DNA of 57,070 nucleotides, filler included, from Basidiobolus ranarum (taxonomy: Eukaryota), in NCBI GenBank assembly GCA_040143965.1. It is 2 parts of 2 records of this genome, joined end to end, with 100 filler letters (N's around TTAATTAATTAA, not from the genome) between each part and the next. Parts side by side here need not be neighbours in the genome. Positions count along the whole stretch, not along the records: positions 1 to 28,525 come from JASJQH010000114.1; 1 more part is not named here. One strand, 5' to 3'. Shown here in pieces: positions 11,312 to 22,799 of this stretch (position 1 is its first letter; every line of letters starts with the position of its first letter). Below the pieces are notes generated by a model that saw only the letters and a list, made by a program, of their open reading frames with translations, ran no database searches and was not told the DNA's origin. The position numbers were made by a program, and so were the translations under genes.

Positions 11312-12483
11312 ATGCCCCAATTTTCGCAAAGATTATTACTTGGACTTTCCTTGGTCCTTTTGATCACTTCTCCCATAACTTCTCAGTCCATTCCGGAGGT
11401 CGTCATTGCACCTAAGCATGCAGGTAAATTCATTTTTTTTAAGAGTTAAAATTTTTTCATTATTAATCTGTTTCAAAAGGCCCTTCTCATGAGCATGAAG
11501 AAAATAATTGTAGTGCCGAGATCGTAACAAACTACAATATGCCATTGCATATCGCAGCCGTCTTCATCATTTTAATTGCCAGTGCCCTGGGTGTTTTCTC
11601 TTCACTCCTGGCCTCTCGTTTTAAGCAGTTCTCTAAGGGGCATCTATTTGTGACTCTCGGTAAACATTTCGGAACCGGGGTTATTCTTGCTACTGGATTC
11701 ATTCATATGTTCCCTGGTGCCTTGTTTGCGCTAACAAATCCCTGTGTCCCCGAAGCTTTTCATGGAGATTATACTGCCTATGCTGGGCTATTTGCTATGT
11801 TTGGTGCACTAATCTTACAGTTAATCGAGTTCACAGCTAGTCAGCATTTCGGAAAATTACACAGTACCGCATCCACCGATTCAAATAGTGAAGAAACGTT
11901 AGATGTGGCTCAGGAACCAAAGGGAGACATGGAAAAGGCTCACAATCATGATAACAGTCATGGTGGGTGCCATCATGGTGGTTTGATCGATGCTGATCAA
12001 CAACGTAAAATCTCTACTTATTTACTTGAATTTGGTATCTCCATGCATTCATTGCTGATTGGAATCTCTGTTGGAGTGACTGCGGGTACTGAGTTTACCT
12101 CTCTCTTGTGTGCGGTCGTATTTCATCAATTCTTCGAGGGACTGGCTCTAGGAGCGCGTATTGGTGAACTGGAGTATAGCAACCGTTTGATACCGTTCTT
12201 TTCCGCTTTATTTTACACCGTTATTACACCAATTGGTGTGGCTATCGGTTTGGGAATTCACAGTAGTTATAATGAAAATTCCCCTACAGCCTTGCTAGTC
12301 AATGGTGTATTTGACGCAGTAAGCGCTGGTATTCTTATTTACATGGCATTTGTGAACTTGATAGCCGTTGAGTTCCAAAACAACCCCCAGTTTACCAAAC
12401 AAACCAATAAGATGAAAGTTGCTTGTTATGTCGCACTATGGGCTGGGGCGGGAGTGATGGCGTTGATTGGTCGTTGGGCTTAA
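11312..12483 (+). CDS. ZIP-family zinc/iron permease (Zrt1/Zrt2-like); 2 exons (11312-11423, 11480-12483)
   Basis: KHFGTGVILATGFIHM, LEFGISMHSLLIG, FHQFFEGLALG, His-rich loop HNHDNSHGGCHH. An upstream exon encodes signal peptide-like MPQFSQRLLLGLSLVLLITSPITS and splices in frame via a 56-nt intron. Confidence 0.93.
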
Positions 12484-13791
12484 GAGTATAAATTCTTCTG
12501 ACCTATTTTACTAGTGTACTATATTTCCTCTCTGTATTACTTAATCATATAGATTCCCTCATTATTGTACAGAAAAATAAACCTCCTTTTAGTCCTTATT
12601 GTAAATATGCCTTTTACTAGCAATCCCATGAATAACCCTCAATTTCTGCATCAATTCTTCCTGGTCAATGTACGAATTAGTCCCGTTCATTGCATCAGGG
12701 TTTACTATCCGTTACTTGCTGTTTCATTGCTCCAGTAATTTTGTAATGCTAAGGCGTTTCCAATTCGAATGATAAGGGCTCTCGAGAAATAAGAGCGAAA
12801 TGTAGAGTGATGTTCGATGACGCGATCTTCACCATCTACACCTTGGTTCATTGTTCATGAACAAAGCGTGGTTTTTATGGAGATTGGCTCACCCGAAATG
12901 TGAAATGGGATGAGACTGATCTATCTAGCATATCAAATATACCCCTGCATTTCTTTGGATTAAAGGTACCTATCCTATATTACCTATATTGCCTATATTG
13001 CATTGATGGGTTCTTTGTGATAATGGGTGGTGCTTTTGGTGGCTACCTTGGCCCATTCCAGGCATAACTATCAATCCACCTTGCCATCCAATCAACAACT
13101 CTTTGCGAGTATCAATAATGAAACATGTTCAAGTCTAAAGAAGAGAAGTGATTGAAGGACTGGTTGACGGACATATACTCATCGACTTTGAAACAACTCA
13201 ATGCTTTGATTGTTTCAGATATACGATTCTCGTAAGGAGTGCAGAATGTTCGATTATATTTATCGCAGTGACATCGTTCCTGAACACGAGTCTGTATAGT
13301 ATGGTTTGGTGCTGACTGCATTCGAAGAGTGAATCTTCATCGTTTGTGCTGGCTGCAGTTTAAAAATCAATATCTTTAATCAGCCGCCCAGCTCCGTGTA
13401 TCTTAAGCCCTTGAAACCTACTCGATGTTTGACCAGTTTCAATCATCAACCATCATCGATATTTTGCCTGTCCAATCAATAATTCAAAGTAGAAAGTGAT
13501 GATTTAGATGGACAGAGAATCCAACCCAGCTCGATAAAAATTCAATGAGCTGGAGGTCAAGTACTGTAACGAATTCATGCAGCTACTGTGTCCAAATGTC
13601 ATCCTTAAGCGTTGTCGAAATCACCTCCGTTATTGGACCATTTGCAGATGGCGTTATCTGAAGGCGACGATTACTCCTTATGTGACCGTACTCGTATTTA
13701 AGTCAGCTAACCCATGATCATTCAATCCAAAGCCTCCAATCCATACTCTCTTTAACTTTCAATTCCTCCACCTCTTCTAAACATCAAGAAG

Positions 13792-14581
13792 ATGAGTGCT
13801 AATAGACTAAGACGTGCTATTTCAATGGAGACTATCAGTAGCACTCGAAGGAATAAATCCTTGCAAAAGCAATTTAAGCATGCGTTTAGAAGTGTTCGAA
13901 TCAAGGCCCAGGTGCCTCTAGAGTTTCAAACAGCCGATATTCATCTACTCACTACATTATCCCAAGAATCAGCAGCAACGGTGGAAGTAAGCTCATGTAG
14001 AAGTCTCCTTGAAGAGTTACTAGATGATTATCATTTGGAGACAATGGACGATGTGGACAACGACCCAGAATTCTTTGACTACACTCATGATGATCTAAAG
14101 GACGATTTAGTAATGTTTCTACAATCACTACGCCCCGAGCCTTCGGTGACATCTGACGAAGGTCTAGGTAATAGAAGTTTACATTATTTGCCCATTCAGG
14201 GAATATTCCTAGCTAATCACGCCTTTCTTTGTAGATGAGTTCGCTTTTGATGATTTTCAGGGACTCGCATATCAGTGTGGCCAAGATTATGTATCTGCGG
14301 TTTCTATGTCTGATGAGGCTAGTCGTCGATCATCACCTAGCTCCCCCTCGGTGCACTTTGAGGAGAAAGAGATGTACACGGATGAAGATGATTGGGATTC
14401 CTCATCAGTTCCTACTATTGACGACGATGAGCTTTCCAGTGAATCCTCAAGGTCAGGGGGTGTTTACTACCACGAGATCTTTACTGGAAAAAACTTGGGA
14501 ATCAAAGGAAAGGGAAGGCTCGATCACTTTCCATACAATTACACACCCAATCTTGAATACGCACGAAGACTTGTTAATTAG
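13792..14581 (+). CDS. Hypothetical protein with basic N-terminus and acidic, Ser-rich body; 2 exons (13792-14167, 14235-14581)
   Basis: A GTAATA..TGTAG intron with a CTAAT branch site joins ORF 13792 to the frame of ORF 14306-14581. No family recognised. Confidence 0.65.
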
Positions 14582-15185
14582 AGTTGGGCTTACTTCTTAA
14601 AGTATACCTACGTACCATTAGAAATGTTATTATCTACTTATTAGACGAACAGATAATCTTGCTTTAAACGTACTAACACGTTGCTTCCATCCAGAATGCT
14701 GATCTCATTGCTGCTCATTGATGCTGCTAAAACCCAGATGAGATCAATCTTTTAAATTTCTAAACATGCTGCCTTCATACACTAATTCACTACATATGTA
14801 TATTAATGCCATTCCAATAAACGTAATTGAATCATTACTGCATTCTATATCATTACTTCCCTCTATATCATACCGCATTGCTTGCTTAACCCTAACCCTA
14901 AGGTACACAACCCTGAAAATCACCCACTAGTGGTAAGGAATCGAACCAGACTGGATCAACCAAGGCTAAACCAAGTAGCAGGGTGAGGTGAAGTAATATT
15001 TTATCTCAATCGTCCGCCAATGAAACGAATTTTAACTGCCACTAGGTATGTTCAAGTAGAATTAATGCTTAAACATTACCTTGTCCGTCGAGTTATTATA
15101 TAACTCCTGTAGTTGAAGACCGAATGCTAAACCTTAACACTAGTTGTTCTTATCTTGCCGTTTCTATTTCCATTTCCATTCGCAT

Positions 15186-15226
15186 CTAATCCTAATCCTA
15201 ATCCTAACCCTAACCCTAACCCTAAT
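15186..15226. repeat. Interstitial telomere-like array of CCTAAT/CCTAAC hexamers (~7 units)
   Basis: ctaat cctaat cctaat cctaac cctaac cctaac cctaat, i.e. TTAGGG/TTAGGA on the minus strand. Confidence 0.85.
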
Positions 15227-15881
15227 CACACTTTTAAATCCAAGTCATTACTATGAAACAAGGCATTATGAAATCTACTAAAATTGGATATTCATAGCTT
15301 AAAGCAGTCGAAAACTTCCCAACGAACGCTTAACAAGAAATAGATTTTTCAGTTCACATCGTTCCAGCATCATAGAACAATGATTTTATGGAATAGGTTT
15401 CAAAAGGAAGAAGGTTGCGAATTCTCATGTGAGTTTTGGCGTTGCTGTCTGGACTGTCCAACTTCAACTGGAATGATTATGCAACGGAAGTTTCGATCTT
15501 TCAAGTGCGGAAGAAGTTTAATGAGGAATATTTGATTCACGTTGCCCGGGACTTGTGGAGGCGAGTCTGAAGTTTGATTAATTAAAAATTCCCGATTTAG
15601 GCCCCGATTTAGAACCTGTAAACATTCGCTCTATAGTGAATGTTCCAAAACGTTAGTTTTATATAACAGCCTGATTCAACTAAATATTAAGGGATTTCGA
15701 TAACGTAACATTACTGGCCTATAATTTTCGTATTTGGTAAGGCGACGATGACGGTGGTCAAGAAGCAAACTCTCTTTAACCTTTTACTTCTCCACTTTGA
15801 CTTTTATTCCCTTTTTCCTTTTCCCAATTGACATATCCTTAGAAGAATGTGTCTTGTTTAATTATTCTATCTACAAAACGA

Positions 15882-17186
15882 ATGTCCTCACTCACAATTC
15901 AAATCATTACCCTATCTGGGAGCATATTAAGTATGGTTGGCAGCGGTTTAATGATAATATGTTGTATTTTATTGCCTATCACGGGAACCTTTCGCCATCA
16001 ACTTATCTGCTCACTAGCAATCTCCGGTATGCTCAGCACCTTCCATTGATTTTAATGCCTGGTCTTTGACTCTATCGCTAAACCGCTCTCTGCATTTTTA
16101 GACTTTATATATTCCCTTAATAATTCTATATCTGGCCTTCTTCTGGTCACCAATGGGTCTCTCAATGATGGCGTATTTTGTACAGTAAATGGCTACGTTC
16201 ATCACTACTCCTCCCTGGTAAGCATTCACATATCCTTTAAGTCGTAATCATCCCTCCTTCTCATTCCTCTTTAAAGATTCGTGATCTGACAGTTTTGGGG
16301 ATTGCATTGGTGACATATGGAGTTCTCAAAGGTCCACTCGACTCTGCTGACTACGAACCGTACTTACCTCGCCATCGTATTATCGTATTTCTTTTCATCT
16401 GGCTTGCACCCAATATTCCCACTCTAATTGGGTACAAATCTAGTGGATTTACATTAGGTAAGCGGAACTTTCATTCCCATCATGATATCTCTTATCATTC
16501 TCATCGTTTCTTTTTGCATTCATGACATAGTTAGTGGTAATTGGTGTAGTGCACCGTCGGATCCGATGTGGGTTAGAGCAGTACTGTTTCTAGGAATCCC
16601 CTTTTTAATTACTATATCAATCGTCATTCTTTACGCTTATTTATATGGCAGTTTACGCCTGTATTACATCTCCACTCGACAACTCGATACTGGCTATTTT
16701 GATACTCGAGGGGATCAGGTTCAGAAATCTAGTAGTGGTAATCATGACGCATACTGGCCTAGCGATGATATCAATGAGGAGAAAACAAGCGTCGTTTTGA
16801 CCAGTTCTATAAAGGACAATATAGAGGAATTGGCCGTGATAAACATCACTACCAAAGAGTTATCTATTCACTTAGAGGAAGATCTTGTCGATACGTGCTT
16901 TAGTCACAACAGAACAAACGATAACAAGGTTAAACCGGAATTCTCAACTGCAGATAATGATCATATTGCGATGGCCATGAGAAGGATTTATCTTTACCCA
17001 TTAGTATACGTAGTAATCACTCTTCCAGGCCTCTTAAATCGCTTATTAGAAACCTCTGGAGTTGATTTGAATATCTTTGAGATCCTTCAATCAATCACTC
17101 AACTTACTGGACTTGCGAATGCTGTATTATATGGATTCACTGGAACGGTGAGAAGAGCCTTCTATGATCAATATTTACGCTCATAA
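15882..17186 (+). CDS. 7-TM G-protein-coupled receptor, cAMP-receptor-like/Git3-like; 4 exons (15882-16026, 16102-16217, 16277-16457, 16531-17186)
   Basis: Spliced product shows TM1 SILSMVGS, LICSLAISD, FCTVNG, GNWC in ECL2, a long third intracellular loop, RRIYLYPLVYVVITLP and GLANAVLYG. Confidence 0.85.
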
Positions 17187-18164
17187 CATACTAGAAATTA
17201 TCGCTGGTATCTACTTCACCCCCTTTACCGGTTTGCCATTCGAAGCAGGAAACTCGGATAATCTGACCAAGATATTTCTGGGTAACCGGATTTGCTTCCC
17301 AGATGGTTCGGCTTATCCCATTTGTGAGGGCGAACAAGATAATCATCTACGATGACTGATGTTCGAGTTGTCCTATGAAATTCTAAAAAGAGCCATCTCT
17401 CTCTATCCCCTGCTTGCATGTCTATACTCTTTCTCTACCCTAAAATGACCCTTCTTGATACAAAGCATTTAACTGTTACATTCATTCCCTCTGCACCCCT
17501 TTCATTCTAATGCCTTCTCCAAATCGGCATCTTTATTTCTGATCGTGGAAGGTGCCACTCTCCATGCTATTTATCAGATGCTTCTTCGACTCAGATCAGT
17601 TGTCTGATTATACGTCGCTTGTTAATACATAATAAATGCGAGTAATTTTGGTCCGATAAGTATTATTTAATAGAATATTTGACCACATATTATCTAGTCG
17701 CATATTTTGGATTGATTCTTGGATGCTACAATCGAATCCATCCCCAGTATAATCCTACTCAGCCTGTGTAGTTCATGGAAATTCGGGATTGTTTGGTGTC
17801 AGATCTGGCTAGGTTGTTAGTATAGTGGCTGGTTGAACGACATGACATTATGTACTATTATGCTGTAAAAGCTAGAATCATTGGCTCATTCTCTTCACAC
17901 ACAACCCAAACCTGATTATTCTGTTGATTATTCCATGATTAGAGTTTCATGTAGGGAAATGGTTACAATCACAAATTGGGCTGTGTGGGAAGAAGTGAGC
18001 GACGGGATTAATCCAATAATGTCATAACCTAGAGGTAATTGTGCTCTGACTCACTTGATATTTTAATTAACACGCTACAATAGATTTATTCCGCTCTTAA
18101 TATATATGATGATGCTTACACTTGTGCTTCATTTATGAAATACAGACTTGGAACAAATGTAAGT

Positions 18165-19651
18165 CTAGAATACAAACTCCTCTGCCAATTCAAACTTATC
18201 TATCTCTACAAAATGTTTAAGATGCTCACCTGCTGTAACATCCACCCCAGGGTCAATCTAATGGTGTTAGAAATACCATTGTCAATTTAATGAAATAAAG
18301 TCAGTACCTTGAGCTTAGTTCCATAAGTAAACGAGGCGCGATTGGTTCCAAGTCCGGGCCCTTGGTCCTGTTTCCTCGTATTTTTACCTTTTGATTTGCT
18401 TCTGCTTTGCCTATGTTTTTTAGGAGACTCTTCCAGTTTTATCTTTGGATTGCTCTAATGAGTTATTCAATCATGAACGATATAATTGTGAATTTTTGAT
18501 GCAAGGTTTTTCAAACGGCTTTTTGAAACGGTACCTTAACAATGATTTCTACAAAGGGCTCACTATAGCGTTTCTTGCGAGGCAATTCTTGCTCTACTTT
18601 CTTTTCTGTATAGTTTGGTAATACAGTCTCTTCTTTGGCCAATCGAGTCGCTTCCAAATTTCCTAAAGACAAATGACCGGAGATGGATTCTTTCGCACTT
18701 TTGTAAATGACACTTGTGGTTCGGTCGTTTTTCAAATCTGAGTTCTGCCCACTTGCTGGGCTAATTAAAAACGATGTTTGAGAAAGTTGATTTCTTTTCC
18801 GTGTCTTGATACGCTTTTCAGCTTGCGTGAATCCGAAAGGATCATCTGTATCATCGTCAAAAGTCTCTTCCGGTACTTTTGTATCATTGGGATTTACTTT
18901 GAATTTGAAGAGAGGAGCGGGAGCATTGCTATCTATTGATAAACTGCAACTAATGGATGTATCTCGGTCTATGTTACATTCTTCTGAAATTACTGATTCT
19001 ATACATTATTCTATAATATTGCGATCAACGAGTTAATGTGCAGTACTTACCATGTGCATTATCAATCTCTGACTTGGAATTCTCTTGTACTAACTCGATT
19101 TCACTGGCACTTTCGAGGTTTACTGATAACAATAACGTTAGTCCTATATAAGAGCGGGTAAAAAAGATACCTCTGCCACTCTAGTTCCACAAACCTGTAA
19201 CTGGCGGTACAGTGTGCTCTCTTGCAATATCTTGTAATATTGGGTCGGTGGTAGACGCGGAGGCCACTCTATTGTCGTCAAGCTTCTCTAGTTGGGTAAA
19301 AAAATCTTCTTGAATGTCTGTATCAACAGCGTCTATATATTCTTGCTCTTCTTGTGTGTCTAGCATGGCAACCACATTTATCGGCTCTATCACAATACTG
19401 GCTCGTCTGGGATGCCATTTCGTTCGGACTCTACTAGTAGTGTTGGAATCATAGTCCTTTCTCTCTTTTGATGTGTCTGCTACCATACTGATGTATTCGC
19501 TAGGGTTTTTCGCTTTGGAGGAAGCTCTTTCTCGGATTTCACTATGAACTGCACTTTCATCGATATTGGTTATTATATTGCTTTTTTCCGAGTGTTCCAA
19601 CGCAGGTTCAGATGGCTTTTTCCCGCGATTTCTTAATGCTCGACTCGACAT
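18165..19651 (-). CDS. Sororin-like cohesin regulator (~410 aa); 5 exons (19651-19195, 19122-19051, 18998-18535, 18454-18308, 18257-18165)
   Basis: Four canonical GT-AG introns give one open frame. It contains DDPFGF, a K/R-rich tract and the terminus HFVEIDKFELAEEFVF*, which resembles the Sororin C-terminal domain. Confidence 0.7.
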
Positions 19652-20391
19652 ATTCTTCTCACAGTGATGAATATCTTAACACAGGTTTCAATTCAAAGGT
19701 TAAATAAAGTTATCTATATTTATTAATGGCATCAATACTCTCATGAATATCCAAGGTTGTTCTTGAGAGTTATGTATTTCAAATGAGATACTTTTATATA
19801 GGGTTACTTTGGTTGAATCGAGTATATCTAGCATTAATCATGATAAATAAGTGACTTCTGCGGTTGATTGAATGCGCATTGAAGTACTTCGCACTCGCTA
19901 CAGTTACAAATGAGCATCATTAACACCTATAATAACCCTTACTATCATTTCGTATAGTTTTCGTATTCATTGGTTATACTAAGCAAATTAGCTTGATCGG
20001 AGATCTTTGATGCCTTGCATTAATTCTAGGCTCGATATTATTTAAATAAGGGACTTCTAAATTATTTTGATTTCCACTCGAGAATGTAGAATCCCATAAT
20101 TAAGGAATTCCTGTACGATGTACTATTACTTACTCATAGACGTTGGTGGGAACTTTTGATTCGTTTTTCTAGTGTAGTTCTGTTTTGTTGACTGGTTTCT
20201 CTAAATTGAGGTATACTCTAAAGTAATCCGTCTATATAGACAGAACATACCATTTGTTCACTCGCTAATTGTTACAGTAAAAAGCTCCCCACCCTACTAT
20301 CTGGGGCAGTAAAAGGTGAAGTCACTTCATACGTTCCTTTTGGTTTTATTGCTAGTTTATACTTATTTTAAGTTTTAACTCAGTTTATAGA

Positions 20392-21569
20392 ATGTCATTA
20401 TTTGACCATATTGCATACCTGATACAGGATGCCAATAACTCTGAAACGTTACTTACACCCTCAGAAATTCACTCCAACGATTCAACAAATAAACAACAAA
20501 CCTTTTGGAGTTATGAGGAAACGAAAATTTTCATCGGTTTAAGAGAAGAAAAAAACAACTTATTTAACTCTATGAAACGTACGAAACAACTTTGGAGGGA
20601 AATTGTTACCTCTTTACAAGAACACGGTTATATGAAAACTATTGAACAATGTCAACAAAAGTGGAAAAACTTACAAAGAGCTTTTCGTGTAAGTTTTATA
20701 CACTCAGTTCGCTTGCTATAATCAAGTGATTACTTTTATATACTTTTTTTTTAATAATTAACTATGGATTTAGGAAACGGAGGAATATAATGCTAAACAT
20801 GAGGTTATCGATAGACGGAAATGTTTATTTTATGACGAGTTAGCACCTTTACTAGCTGACAGTCAATATGCCAGAACTAAATCTAGCGAGCCATCAGTGA
20901 AGAGGTAAGAAATTAGAATATCTTCATGTTCTTAGAAGTAGCTTTGTCAAGAAACTAACTTACTCTTTTCTATAAAGCAACCAAGCTACTGGTCAGAGCA
21001 GTAGTCAATCCAACAGTAAAGTAGGAACACCTCAAGGGACTGCACAAAGTGTCGAAATGGTAACTTCTGCCTCAGAGGAGAAAGATTCCTCCCCTTTGAG
21101 TAGTAAACCTAAACGTCCAGCTGATTCACAACTTACACCTCTTGCAACTAAAGTCTCACATGTTCTACCTGAACCAAACTTACAAGCTAGTAATGATCTT
21201 GAGTTTTTAGAAGATCCAATTGACATGGTTTTAGCTGACACCGACTATATGTTGACCGCTGAGCCGTTATCCTTAAGTGATACTGAATCAACTCAAACGT
21301 ATACTAATTGTGCGAATGGAGGTAAAAGTATCCCTCCTTCTCGTGCTTCCTCGATCACTTCCACGACAGATGTAGACAAATACCTCAACTTCTTTCGAGA
21401 ACAGTCATCTCGCATATCGGCAGAGTCAGAAAAGGCTCGGGAAATATTTAGGTTCACTATGGAAACCATGGAGAAGATGTTAAGAGATTTCACGGAAAAA
21501 TCGAATCAACGTGTTGATAGGCATGCTGATATGTTTGAGAAGTTCTTGGACAAACTCGGCAAAAATTAG
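20392..21569 (+). CDS. Myb/SANT-like (trihelix GT-1 type) DNA-binding protein with C-terminal coiled coil; 3 exons (20392-20688, 20774-20904, 20978-21569)
   Basis: WSYEETKIFI..LWREIV..L..GY.KTIEQCQQKWKNL, continued in exon 2 by KCLFYDEL. Confidence 0.85.
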
Positions 21570-22799
21570 TTGTTCTTTCATCGCTTGTAACATCTTGTTT
21601 CCTCACTCTTATAGTGAGTTGAATAAGGGTAGGGAAATCGAGTGTATGTAGTATTCTGATCGAAGTTGATTGATGTATATAAGTATTAGAGTGATCTTCC
21701 TCTAGTAGTTGTACTTTGGCCACACATACGATGATGGCGCAGTTGTGACATATTGTAAGTATTGCTATCAGTGTCGAGGTCACATATATTAAGGAGTCTC
21801 CTCTTCCTTCAATATTTTTCATCGTATACCTATTATGTATATTTGTAATGTATGTCAATAGGATCTTTAATTACCTGGTGTCGCAATAAACATAATTCAA
21901 AGTCATGTTCTAGTTTTACATAGAATTTGCCAGTGATTATTAAATAAAAGTAGAAATATCTTCACTATTGCAAGATGCCATATTTAAGCAATGATTGCTA
22001 TCTTTATTCATCATCTAAACGAGCCAACTATCATTAGGCTCTAGTATTGCATTCTAGCACATATCAAACGGAACTAGGATACAGTATTGAGTGGGTCATT
22101 GCTCAACCTTTGTAGAGACCTGCTTCATCCATTATTAAGTTAGCTGAGCCGAAATATTCCGGGTTTGAGGATTCCTCGTCATCTATAGCCCCAAGGCAAA
22201 GGTCAAAGCTGTGGCGTAGTGTGATGGTGACTAATTCGAATACTTCAGAAAACATGTTCGGGGAGTTCAAGTAGTACTCTAGCTGTCTATTAAAACATGG
22301 TTCAGATCGGTTATTTAATAGCCAGATGCTTTGAGTCGTGATGACTAGTCGTAACGACATTGTCAGTTTGAGTGACACGATCTCGAGCCACAAATGTAGC
22401 ATGGATACGCTTGAGCATGCCTAAAACCAGTGAGTGAAGTGACAAATTTACGTTGGTCGGTTTTTCGTGATCACTGCATGCAATATATATATATTATGAA
22501 TTTCCCTTCAATAAACAATTAATTATACTACTCTAGGTAATGTACTCACGTTTCTGCTACGTTACTATGGAAACGGTGTATCCGTCGAGCCGGTTTTAAG
22601 TAACATCCTTCTTGAACCAGTATTTTCTCCAGTATTTACTCGAATTCTCTTTATGGCCATATTAGGGTTAGTTGGGATCTTATTTCCATTCGAACATCAA
22701 TTGGAGAATAAAAGTAATAGTAGCTAGTGACAGTATTTCTAGTGCCAGTAGTGAACATAGTGCCCTAGCTACCTAGCTCAGTTATTACTGCCGATAATT

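Noticed and set aside
14925-14990. tRNA gene
   Set aside because: A B-box is present but the T-stem does not pair beyond 2 bp and no cloverleaf was found.
18308-18340. FTYGTK as a haspin/Eso1-type TYG Pds5-binding motif in the Sororin-like protein
   Set aside because: It lacks the flanking basic residues and is too short to support without an alignment.
22103-22402. 99-aa minus-strand ORF with nearby splice-like signals
   Set aside because: I could not build a consistent gene model and found no recognisable motif.
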